The notes below the pieces were generated by a model that saw only the letters and a program-made list of their open reading frames with translations, made no database searches and had not been told where the DNA came from. From assembly GCA_049583505.1 (NCBI GenBank), contig JBAUVZ010000217.1:362-64361 (forward strand): 64,000 nt of DNA. The letters are read 5' to 3'. Each line of letters opens with the position of its first letter. Position 1 is the first letter of the stretch. This stretch comes from Candidatus Sulfotelmatobacter sp. GTDB lineage: Bacteria; Acidobacteriota; Terriglobia; Terriglobales; Acidobacteriaceae. Shown here one piece after another: positions 36,783 through 45,686 of the stretch. The position numbers were made by a program, and so were the translations under genes.

Positions 36783-38282
36783 TCATGCGCGGACCCAGCC
36801 GTATTGAGTGTTGCTCGGCGCTGGATTTCCCGCTTCCTTGTATTGTTTCCGCAGCCGGTCTACGTAATCCGCCGGCACCGGATTGCCCTTCGCCTGTGGA
36901 TTAATTCCGTACAAGCGAGCGGCATTGAGTCCAAAGATCTTGGCCTTTACGTCTGGAGTAAGCGGTGCGTAACCGAATTGCTTCATCAGCAATTCTGGCA
37001 TCTCCAGGCGGCGCAGGGCTTCGATCTGCCACTGCGGCGATCCCCACCATATGGAGTCGGTCCCCCAGAGTACGTGATCGGCGCCGAATGCCTGAATAAT
37101 CATTCCCAACACGTGGGCTCCCAATGTGGGATTCGTCACGACCATGGTGCCGAAGCTGGTTCCCAGTTCCATGTACACGTTCGTCATGTAGGAATTCTTG
37201 CGCCGGTAGTCGCACAGATCGGAAACCCAGGGAACGTAGGGATTCTTGCGGAAGCCGTCCTCAGCGGCAGGCAATGCGTCTTCGACGGTCTTGAGGCCGG
37301 AGTGATAAAGCAGGAAATTCAGCTCCGGAAAATCCTTCGAAGCCTTGACCATGTCTTTCGGATGGAAGTGCGCCTCATTAAAAACGCCAATGGCTAATCC
37401 CTTGTGCAGGCAAATGTTACGTATCTTCAGCTTATCGCGGGTATACTCCAGCGCTGGATATGTGATCTTCTCGTCGTCCATCCACCATCCGTCTTTATCT
37501 GCGCCCAATCCCTGCCCCGTATAGCCCTTCCACGCGTCAATCTTCAGGGTCTCGGCTTGGCGATGCATGTTTTCGAGATTCTTCGTCCCTAAGTCGGGAG
37601 AAAACAGGCCGTGGCTCATCATTCGTTGGGAACGCGTCAGTTCATTAACAATATTGCGGGTTCGCACCATTTCATCGGGCGGGATGACCATCTTGGCGTC
37701 GGTTATGTCGGGTATCCCGCTTAGGCAGGCTACATCCGTATCACTGTCGAGAAAAACTTCTTTAATGTAGTTTTCCAGCTCGAAATCGGATTGTCTAGGC
37801 TCTTTCCCCTTCAGGACGGGATTAAATTGTCCGGCTGAGCGGCGAGTGTCGAAAACGTTCGCCGGTCCTATAAAATGCCGCCCTGCGGCCACGTGATGGG
37901 TTTGCACGTCGAAGATGAAATAATCCGTCTTCATTGCGCGGGCAGCGGCCGGGTCGTGCAACTCCGCTGCATCTACTTTGAAGAAGTGACCGAACACGCA
38001 ATTCATGGCAGCAAAGCCCGCGGCCATGCCGCATGTCATGCGAAAGAACTCCCGGCGGTCGATGCCAAGTTTCTTCGAGATTCTGCTGCCCATGTCGAAC
38101 AACATGTTCTCCACCGCGCGTTGCTTTGCCGTCTGTGGAAGGGGAATGAATTCCTCGTTGGAGACGACTTGCGTAGGGATGGGAAGGTGCCGGTCAAGGT
38201 AATCATCGAGTTCGTGCTTGCGCACCCAGCCCCCGTGATTGTTAGGCTTGCGGATCGGGGGGATGGTCTTGGAGTTGCTCAT
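36783..38282 (-). CDS. Amidohydrolase (PF04909-like metal-dependent hydrolase) with a Tat-like motif
   Basis: The C-terminal TIM-barrel hydrolase pattern is present (LYHSG, GTDSIWWG). DRREFFRMTCGMAAGFAAM is a twin-arginine motif about 70 aa from the chosen ATG 38282. An alternative start near 38090 would make it a canonical Tat signal. Confidence 0.7.
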   Translation of the reverse strand: MSNSKTIPPIRKPNNHGGWVRKHELDDYLDRHLPIPTQVVSNEEFIPLPQTAKQRAVENMLFDMGSRISKKLGIDRREFFRMTCGMAAGFAAMNCVFGHFFKVDAAELHDPAAARAMKTDYFIFDVQTHHVAAGRHFIGPANVFDTRRSAGQFNPVLKGKEPRQSDFELENYIKEVFLDSDTDVACLSGIPDITDAKMVIPPDEMVRTRNIVNELTRSQRMMSHGLFSPDLGTKNLENMHRQAETLKIDAWKGYTGQGLGADKDGWWMDDEKITYPALEYTRDKLKIRNICLHKGLAIGVFNEAHFHPKDMVKASKDFPELNFLLYHSGLKTVEDALPAAEDGFRKNPYVPWVSDLCDYRRKNSYMTNVYMELGTSFGTMVVTNPTLGAHVLGMIIQAFGADHVLWGTDSIWWGSPQWQIEALRRLEMPELLMKQFGYAPLTPDVKAKIFGLNAARLYGINPQAKGNPVPADYVDRLRKQYKEAGNPAPSNTQYGWVRA

Positions 38283-38443
38283 GCTCTGATCTCCCCAATC
38301 TGCGGGAGGAATGCCCATGATCCCGCTGAGTGCAGAGGCAAGGAGGGATTTGCATCGCACTTGCGGTTGAAGGTGGACTCTGTTTCTCAGCAAATGCTCG
38401 AATTGCCCCGCTACCCAAAACCCCTACCACGTTTTCGCCCGTT

Positions 38444-38881
38444 TCACTTTCCCTGTATCGATTCAAGGTATCGGTTGAGATTGGCAATGCGCATCTGAAG
38501 CTGCTCTTCGTGGCCCTGGCTCATCTTCCAGAATACGGGGCCCCAGACGGGCATATCCTGATCGCCATGCGCCACCAGTTTGGTCTGCCCGCGAAGAATG
38601 CTGGTGACTTTATTCGAGGGGTACTTCCCACCATTTTGCTGGGCCAACACGGTCAGATCGGCCGGAGCCTGCTTTAGGGCGCCAGCAGCGGGACCGTCTC
38701 CCTTGGCGTCTTTGCCGTGGCAGGAGGCGCAGTAGCTCATGAACATTTCCTTACCCGAAGCAGGCGAGGTAGCGGGCGCCGTGGTGTGCTTGACCGTGGG
38801 CGTTGCGGCCTCCTGCCCAGCGGAAATAAACGGAACTGCGACCGCCAATGCGGCCAGGAAATTCAAGTATCGAAATCTCAT
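38444..38881 (-). CDS. Class I c-type cytochrome, secreted
   Basis: Signal peptide plus the single haem motif CASCHG and a distal Met (DMPVWG). Confidence 0.8.
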   Translation of the reverse strand: MRFRYLNFLAALAVAVPFISAGQEAATPTVKHTTAPATSPASGKEMFMSYCASCHGKDAKGDGPAAGALKQAPADLTVLAQQNGGKYPSNKVTSILRGQTKLVAHGDQDMPVWGPVFWKMSQGHEEQLQMRIANLNRYLESIQGK

Positions 38882-38959
38882 GAAACCCTCCCCATCAGAA
38901 AGCCTCGATCAAGCCGCCCAGGCCCGAAGGGTGTATGCGCCTGGGAGTTATATTTTGCC

Positions 38960-41900
38960 TTAAAAGGTGAATCTCGCAGAGAACTGAAGCTGTCGCGGAT
39001 TGAACGCCGTGCGCGGCAATCCAAAGTTTGTATTTGGCGTCGTTGGAATGAACAGAGTCGTTCCGATTGGGGTAGGAGCCAACGACCCCCCAGGAACCGA
39101 GATTCCCCCGTTCGGGCAGGCCACGGATGGCGAGCCCTGCTGAATTGCCCGGGTCATGGCGTCGTTGTAATGCTTTGGAACGCCTCCGCAAAACACAGGT
39201 GAGCCGTAAACACCGGTAACTTCATCAAAATTGGCCCGGTTCAGCAGGTTGAACGCATCGAACGCGAGGTTCGCGGTCAAGCGGTCATTGATGTGCACAG
39301 CCCGGGTTACCCGCAGGTCCCAGTTGTAATACGGATCGCCGGTGTACGTATTCCTGTCGATCATGGTCTTGCAGTCTTGTACGTCGGGACATGAGCCCGC
39401 GACGAAGGCGGAGCCGCCGACGCGGTCCGTGGAACCGCCGGCAACATCGTTTAGGGTGTTGCTGCCGTAATAAATCGTGAAAGGCCGGCCCGATTCCAGG
39501 GTGACGATATTGCTCAGCTCAAAATTTCGCCACGGCCCATTTTGCGGCGCAATAGCGGTAAAGTTGGCCACCACGCGATGCCGGGCATCCTGGTTGGAGT
39601 TGGCGCGTTCCGCCGCGTAGTCAAACTGGTTGGGCGGCAGGTTGATGAAGGTCGTGAAGTTGCCATTGTCGATGGTGTGGGAATAGGTGTAGTTGGCCGT
39701 CAGGCTGAAATGCTTCCCACGTTCAAGCACGGTCAGCGTTCCACCGTGGTAAATGGCGTTGGCAACGTCGTTGTTGTAATCTTCGAGGCCCGAGCTGATG
39801 GTTCGCAGGCCGGAGCCAAGAGCACCACCGAAGAAGGGCCCTAGCCCGGCAATCGCGCCTGTTCCAAGGGTCGGTGTTCCGGTGCAGGGCGAGAGTGTGC
39901 CATCGGCATTGAGCCATCCCGGCACCCATTCCGGCAGCGGGTCGGTGACTGCCGACTTGGTGGTGCCCGCCGGGCAGGGGATGTTGAGGTTGTTCCCGCG
40001 AACCAACTTGTGGGCCTCCACGAAAAGATAGCTTAGCTGGAGTGCAAAACCACGGCCGAGCTGGTGATCAATCTCGAAGCTGCCCTGCTCGGCATAAGGC
40101 GCCCGCGCGTTGTGGTCCATGCCACCCTCGCCAATGCCGCAAGCACCGGTGGTAAAGCAGGTGCCGGCCATCTCTACAGACGGGAAGGCCGTATTATAGG
40201 CACCTGTTTGTATGATTTTGGCTGCAAGACAAGGCGCCTCCGGAACACCAGCGCAGGGTGAGCCGGGAGGGCCGGGCGATGGCGGGTCTGCCAGAAGCTG
40301 ATAACCCTGCCCAGCCTGCGCTAGATTGGACGCGATGTTGGGAAACTTCTGGGGCTGAATTCCGGCGCCGCTGCAAATGGCTGCGATACCCGATGTCGCC
40401 TGATTGCCGCACTGGTACCCTGCCACAATCTTCTGCGTGTTGGGCACGAAGAAGAAGGTCAGATTTTGCCGGTCGAAGAAAATCCCGTATCCCGCGCGAA
40501 TCACTGTACTGCTGTTAGGAGCATAAGCTAGCCCGATACGCGGCTGAAACTCGTTGTAGTCATTGTTCACAAATGCCGAGAGGCCGGTTTCATAATCCCA
40601 TCGCAAGCCGTAATTCAGGGTAAATTTGGGAGTCAGTTTCCATTGATCCTGCGCGAACCCGCCCCAGTATCCGTGGTTAATATTCCGGCTGAAGCCGTTA
40701 AATAGCGAGGAAGGGTAAGCATTGGCCCACGTCGAATTAGGGAATCCGCCGCCGTTGAGAGGATTGGCTGTGGTAACGGTCGGAGTGCACGGAGTGGGGC
40801 CGGAGGCATTGCCGCCACAGGCAGTGGGATTGGTCGGCAGCGGTGTGCCAGCATACACAAACACGACGCCGTTATCTTGGGGAACTGGACATGGGATGGT
40901 AGATGCGTCGAGGCCCGTACCGGCGGTTGGATAGCTCGCGCCGAAATTCCTGTTGAAATATTCTGCGAAATCTGTGAAGCAGCTTATGCCGGGTACGAGC
41001 AGGCGTGTAGGCATAAAGCCGGGGAAGTTCTCCAGACTCGTCAGCCAGTTGCCATCAACTCCAAACTTTGCAAGGTGATTGCTCTTGACCCAGGAGAGGG
41101 ACTCTGAGAGTTGGACTCGAGTCTCGTAAAGCCGGTCGTTCGTTCCGAAATTATGGCCGACTTCGAGATCATTCAGGATGCTGAAGTCCGGCTGGCCCGT
41201 CGCGCCGGGAAAGTTGTAGTGCCGGCGCGCGTATTGTGCGAGCACCGTATTGACTAAATTGGACCTCAGTGACGAGTTCACGGTGGCGACGACGGCCTGG
41301 TCGCGAATGAAAAGATCGCGGCCTCCGCTGGGCACACCCACGCCTCCACCATCCAGTGTTTGCCCCACAAGTTGGTTCGTTGATCGGCTGTCCTCCACGT
41401 CGTAGCGGAAAGCCAGGCGATTGTTCGTGGTCAGTTGATGGTCGATTCTGGCAAAACCGGAATCGTCGTTGCCGGTTTTCAGAAAGCCTTGCAGAAATCC
41501 GAAAGCTTGGCCCTGGGTGATATTGGCCGGATTGCCGGCAAAATTGGGCAGACACGTGTTGACCGCGCCGAGGCACGCCTCGGGAGCCAGCCCCATCAGC
41601 GCCTTGGCTTGGTCTATGAGCAAAATGTTGTTGACCAGATCGGGCGGATAGACCGGGGATTGGGCGCTGCGCTTACCTTCATAGTTGAGAAAGAAGAAAG
41701 TCTTGTCCCTTACAATGGGCCCGCCCAGCGAAGCACCGAACGAGTTCTGCCGAACAGCGTGCGGCAGCGGGGGAGGCTGTAGCGGCGAGTGCGCGTCGAA
41801 GGCGCTGTTTTGAAAAAATTCGTAGAGCGAACCATGCAAATTGTTGGTACCTGACTTGGTCACGATGTTAACGATTCCGCCCATCGCACGGCCGTATTCC

Positions 41901-42601
41901 GCGCCAAAGCTGTTGTTCACGACGCGGAACTCCTGCACGGACTCCTGGGGGGGCGTGGAGCGCTGGATGCCACTGGCGGAGTTGACGAAGTCAGCGCCGT
42001 CCACCGTGATCTCGTTGCTGAACGAGCGCATACCGCCAAACGAGATTTGTGTCACTTCAAACTCGGTGAAAGTTGTGCCCAGGCTGGTGCGGCTAGTGGC
42101 CACACCGGGAGTGAGCAGCGCAAAATCCGTAAACACGCGACTGCTTATGGGCAACGACTCAATCTGTTCGGTCTCGACGACCTGGCTGATCTCGGTCTTG
42201 GTGGGCTCGATGAGTGCGGCTTCGGTGGTCACGGTAATGACTTCGGAGGCGCCCGCAACCTTCAAAACAGGGCTGACGGTGAAGACTTGGCCAACGGTAA
42301 GGACGATGCCAGTCTGCTGATACTTGGCGAAGGTGCGTGCGGTAACCGTTAACTCGTATTTCCCGGGGGGAAGGTTGGGTACTACGAAAAAGCCCGTCGT
42401 GTTAGTTGTTGCCTGAAAACTTTGGTTGGTATCGGGCTCACGCACAACCACCTGCGCGCTAACCACCACTCGCCCTGCAGCGTCGACGACCGTGCCGTTC
42501 AGCTGCGCGAAGCTAAGGGCACCTTGAGACACGGCGAATGGCGCAGAAGCTGCCAGTACAACCAGGAGGCAAAGAACAACACCCAACAAGCGTGTTCTCA
42601 T
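38960..42601 (-). CDS. TonB-dependent receptor with N-terminal carboxypeptidase-regulatory-like domain
   Basis: Signal peptide, then a CarboxypepD_reg-like beta-sandwich (GTVVDAAGRVV..A.V.V....T...F.A.T...G.F.V.NLPPGKYELTV). A plug and a long barrel follow, with a terminal aromatic residue (SARFTF). Start set at ATG 42601. Confidence 0.85.
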   Translation of the reverse strand: MRTRLLGVVLCLLVVLAASAPFAVSQGALSFAQLNGTVVDAAGRVVVSAQVVVREPDTNQSFQATTNTTGFFVVPNLPPGKYELTVTARTFAKYQQTGIVLTVGQVFTVSPVLKVAGASEVITVTTEAALIEPTKTEISQVVETEQIESLPISSRVFTDFALLTPGVATSRTSLGTTFTEFEVTQISFGGMRSFSNEITVDGADFVNSASGIQRSTPPQESVQEFRVVNNSFGAEYGRAMGGIVNIVTKSGTNNLHGSLYEFFQNSAFDAHSPLQPPPLPHAVRQNSFGASLGGPIVRDKTFFFLNYEGKRSAQSPVYPPDLVNNILLIDQAKALMGLAPEACLGAVNTCLPNFAGNPANITQGQAFGFLQGFLKTGNDDSGFARIDHQLTTNNRLAFRYDVEDSRSTNQLVGQTLDGGGVGVPSGGRDLFIRDQAVVATVNSSLRSNLVNTVLAQYARRHYNFPGATGQPDFSILNDLEVGHNFGTNDRLYETRVQLSESLSWVKSNHLAKFGVDGNWLTSLENFPGFMPTRLLVPGISCFTDFAEYFNRNFGASYPTAGTGLDASTIPCPVPQDNGVVFVYAGTPLPTNPTACGGNASGPTPCTPTVTTANPLNGGGFPNSTWANAYPSSLFNGFSRNINHGYWGGFAQDQWKLTPKFTLNYGLRWDYETGLSAFVNNDYNEFQPRIGLAYAPNSSTVIRAGYGIFFDRQNLTFFFVPNTQKIVAGYQCGNQATSGIAAICSGAGIQPQKFPNIASNLAQAGQGYQLLADPPSPGPPGSPCAGVPEAPCLAAKIIQTGAYNTAFPSVEMAGTCFTTGACGIGEGGMDHNARAPYAEQGSFEIDHQLGRGFALQLSYLFVEAHKLVRGNNLNIPCPAGTTKSAVTDPLPEWVPGWLNADGTLSPCTGTPTLGTGAIAGLGPFFGGALGSGLRTISSGLEDYNNDVANAIYHGGTLTVLERGKHFSLTANYTYSHTIDNGNFTTFINLPPNQFDYAAERANSNQDARHRVVANFTAIAPQNGPWRNFELSNIVTLESGRPFTIYYGSNTLNDVAGGSTDRVGGSAFVAGSCPDVQDCKTMIDRNTYTGDPYYNWDLRVTRAVHINDRLTANLAFDAFNLLNRANFDEVTGVYGSPVFCGGVPKHYNDAMTRAIQQGSPSVACPNGGISVPGGSLAPTPIGTTLFIPTTPNTNFGLPRTAFNPRQLQFSARFTF

Positions 42602-42686
42602 AAAGTCCCCTTCCTGAGCGAATCGTTTCCAATGCAAAAGCAGAAACACGGCCCAAACAGCCAATCTGAGAGCCGACTAGCAGTCC

Positions 42687-42714
42687 ATCAGTATTGATCA
42701 GTATCGAGATCAGG
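42687..42714. repeat. 10-bp phased direct repeat ATCAGTAT(T/C)G x2 plus a partial third copy, upstream of the TonB receptor gene
   Basis: ATCAGTATTG ATCAGTATCG AGATCAGG, located 86-113 nt upstream of ATG 42601. Confidence 0.5.
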
Positions 42715-42885
42715 AGCGGAAAACCGCACCCCACAGATTCCCCCGGAAAACGGCCCCATAATTACTATGTTCCAATGCATACTGTCAACCCAAAAATGTA
42801 TACAGGAATCGATATAGGACCGAGTCGTCGTCGTTTTTCGTTGAACTTAAGCGAAGCGCTCAAATTTACTGTATGCAATCAGCGA

Positions 42886-43743
42886 TTACCGGATTCCCGG
42901 CACGGCCAGCAGCTCCCCAAGGCTGCGTAGGACACGGTGTGGCCTTCTGCCCGGAGGCTGCCTGGCCCAGTCGGACGCTTTCGAGATGCCCGTGGTCACC
43001 CCGAAACCCACGGCGCCCCCTTGTCGCGCCATAATCATTTCGACCAGAGGATCGTCTCCGACCACCCCCACCTTGCTCTTGGGGATGCCCAGCCTTTTCG
43101 CCACTAACCTCAATGCGTGGAGGGATGGTTTCCCGGTGAGAATCATGGGCACGCGTGTGATCCTGCGCACCGCTGCCGAGATCGCGTAGGAATAACCCAT
43201 GGTCTTGCCGCCAGCAGTAGCGAAAAATGGGACGTCCGAAGCTACATACAGCTCGGCCCCGTTCCAGATCGCCTTCACGGCAGCCTCGATGTCTTTCATG
43301 CGGCAGTCGGGATGCCATCCGATGTAGACGGCATCGACACGGTCAGTACCTTCGTCGTTGGGGAAAACCGCCTGCATTCCTGCCCGTGCCAGCGGCTGTC
43401 CAACGCCGGGGGTCCCTAACACCAGAACTCGCTCAACACTGCGGCGGGGCATAAGGTCGGCGGCCACGCTGGAGGGAGTGAGCAGAGCCTCATCGGAGAT
43501 CGGCAGGCCGACAGCGCGCAGCTTGGGCGCCTGTTCTTCCGGTGGATAGTTCGTTCCATTGGTGAGGACAACGAAAGGAATGCCGCGAGCCTTTAATGCG
43601 TTCAGTATCTCAACGGCGCCGGGCAGTACTTGATATCCGCTTAGGGAACGATCACCCAAGACCAAGGTGCCATCGAGGTCAAACACAAAACCCTGTACGG
43701 GTCTGAGCCGTCCATCCTTGCGAAGGCTCGATCTGTGTTTCAT
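42886..43743 (-). CDS. HAD-IIA family phosphatase (NagD / p-nitrophenylphosphatase-like)
   Basis: DLDGTL nucleophile motif, LTNG and a C-terminal GDDP motif. The ATG overlaps the upstream stop (ATGA 43740-43743). Confidence 0.8.
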   Translation of the reverse strand: MKHRSSLRKDGRLRPVQGFVFDLDGTLVLGDRSLSGYQVLPGAVEILNALKARGIPFVVLTNGTNYPPEEQAPKLRAVGLPISDEALLTPSSVAADLMPRRSVERVLVLGTPGVGQPLARAGMQAVFPNDEGTDRVDAVYIGWHPDCRMKDIEAAVKAIWNGAELYVASDVPFFATAGGKTMGYSYAISAAVRRITRVPMILTGKPSLHALRLVAKRLGIPKSKVGVVGDDPLVEMIMARQGGAVGFGVTTGISKASDWARQPPGRRPHRVLRSLGELLAVPGIR

Positions 43744-45233
43744 GCTCTCGCCTTGCGCCGCGCCGGCGTGCCGTTCAACTCCAGCCTGAAGCCAGGCTTC
43801 TCAACCGACAGGCGTCCGATGTCGCTACGCGCTGCAAGCTGGCGAAGCAAGTGAATCACGGGGGCGAGGTCGGGATTGTAGGTTTGCGATGCGGGTCGAG
43901 CAACTTTCATGGCGTCGACTTGCTCGGCGGGCATTGTCGCGCGGAGGAGAAATTCCTCATCGCTCAGTTCGAGCCCAATTCGTCTTCGCAACTCGGCAAG
44001 AGGCAGCATATCCGGTTCCTGGCGAAGCTCGCGCGTGCGGGCCATGGAATCGATACGATCCATGACATCCGGCGCAATGGGCAGACTGGGTTTCCCGAAC
44101 CGGCCAAGGGCGTAGCGAATCACTTCGTCGGGCACAAGGGCGTAGCGTTCCTTGTCCTTGCGAGTTATGTTCATCACCGCCTGGCTCAGCAGCATCTGCG
44201 AGAAGGGGGTCATCACAATCGGCCAGCCCAATTCCTGACGCACCCGGCCTAATTCTTCAATGACTGCGCCTTCCAGGTGTGCGAGCCCGCTTTCCGCCAA
44301 GTGCCGCCGCATGGTGCCAGTCATGCCTCCGGGCAACTGGTGATGGAAGTATGCGGCGTCAAAAGGCTGCGGGCGGCCGGCAGGAAGTCCTTCCGCTTCT
44401 GCCAGGCGTGTGAAATAGCGGCTAACTTCATTCAAAGCTTCGTCGTCAATATCGATCTGGTGCCCGAGTTCTCGCAGATTGGCCACAACCCGCTCGGCGG
44501 GCGGATTGGAAATCCCGTCGCTCGCCGCGCCCGAGGCGCACTGCACCGTGCCCACCCCCCAGTTCGGTGCGTCCATGTAGACCAACTCGCCAAGCCCGAT
44601 AGTGCAGTGCGAGTGGAGTTCCAAAGGTTTGTCACCAATCACGGCCTTGACCGCCGGAATCATGTTGCGCGCGCGCAGCGGGCTCAGAAGTCCGCCGGGG
44701 TCCTTGATATATAGGGCGTCAATATCCGGACTGGCGGCAAGTTTGCGGGCACGCTCTACGTAGCGTGCGTCATCATCAATGGGGCTTACCGTGAACACTA
44801 AAGCAGCGACGACATATTCGGCGCCAACCTGTTTGATCGTGCGCGCGCAGGCGATATTGGAGTCGGCATTGTTCATCGGATCAGCCAGAGCAAAGCGGCG
44901 AATCCCGTTTTTCACGAGCGTAGCGAACGCCAGCTTCATGAATTCAGGGCTTGCCGTCTCCCAGGAAATAAAGCGGAACCCGGTCGAGAGAAATTGAAGT
45001 GGCGTATTCGGTGTGGCCCTAGCCATCAGTCGAATCCGCTCCCATGGGTCTTCTTTTTTGTAGCGGACCGCAACGCCCATGTGGGTCGAGGTAGTGAAGT
45101 CGATGGCCTTGAAACCGACGCGGTCCATGACCGGCGCAATGGTCAGAGTTTTTGCGGTGTCGATGCCAAGGGCCGCCCAAAGACTCTGGTTGCCGTCGCG
45201 GAGTGAAGTCTCAACGATCTGAATATTCGCCAC
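43740..45233 (-). CDS. Biotin-dependent carboxyltransferase subunit, oxaloacetate decarboxylase alpha / pyruvate carboxylase B / transcarboxylase 5S type, without a biotinyl domain
   Basis: IVETSLRDGNQSLWA and the HMGL-like TIM barrel (LELHSHCTIG), followed by a PYC_OADA-like region. The protein ends without an AMKM segment. Confidence 0.85.
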   Translation of the reverse strand: MANIQIVETSLRDGNQSLWAALGIDTAKTLTIAPVMDRVGFKAIDFTTSTHMGVAVRYKKEDPWERIRLMARATPNTPLQFLSTGFRFISWETASPEFMKLAFATLVKNGIRRFALADPMNNADSNIACARTIKQVGAEYVVAALVFTVSPIDDDARYVERARKLAASPDIDALYIKDPGGLLSPLRARNMIPAVKAVIGDKPLELHSHCTIGLGELVYMDAPNWGVGTVQCASGAASDGISNPPAERVVANLRELGHQIDIDDEALNEVSRYFTRLAEAEGLPAGRPQPFDAAYFHHQLPGGMTGTMRRHLAESGLAHLEGAVIEELGRVRQELGWPIVMTPFSQMLLSQAVMNITRKDKERYALVPDEVIRYALGRFGKPSLPIAPDVMDRIDSMARTRELRQEPDMLPLAELRRRIGLELSDEEFLLRATMPAEQVDAMKVARPASQTYNPDLAPVIHLLRQLAARSDIGRLSVEKPGFRLELNGTPARRKARA

Positions 45234-45236
45234 AGT

Positions 45237-45686
45237 TCATGCCTCTGGACGCACGCGCATCAGAACTTCGCCATACTCGACCGCTCCGCCGTTCTTCACC
45301 AATATCTCAACTACCTCGCCTTTTACGCCCGCACGGACCGTGTGCATGAGTTTCATGACTTCGATGATGCCGACCATTGTCTCCTCCGCGACCTTCGACC
45401 CAACTTCCACGAACGGAGGCTCACCCGGCTTGGGCGTGACATAGAAGATTCCCAGCAGTGGAGCGGTGATTTCCAGCAGGCCCGGTTCAGATGCCGGCTT
45501 TGGTGCCGGCTGTAGCGGCGAATTTGGCGGCGGCGAGCCTGGTGGCGCGGAAGCGGAAGCCTGCGGCAGCGCAGACCCTCGCTGTAGACTTAATTTCACA
45601 CCATCCATCTCGAGCGTCAATTGATCGAAGCTCGATTCCTCGAGGATGCGCATGATCTCGGCCACATCTTTGGCCGTGAGCGTCAA
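45237..45686 (-). CDS. Biotin carboxyl carrier protein (BCCP)
   Basis: C-terminal GIIEVMKLMHTVRAGVKGEV (biotinyl-Lys in EVMKL) and a Pro/Ala-rich linker. The TTG start is preceded by GGAGG and overlaps the upstream stop (TTGA 45683-45686). Confidence 0.85.
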   Translation of the reverse strand: MTLTAKDVAEIMRILEESSFDQLTLEMDGVKLSLQRGSALPQASASAPPGSPPPNSPLQPAPKPASEPGLLEITAPLLGIFYVTPKPGEPPFVEVGSKVAEETMVGIIEVMKLMHTVRAGVKGEVVEILVKNGGAVEYGEVLMRVRPEA

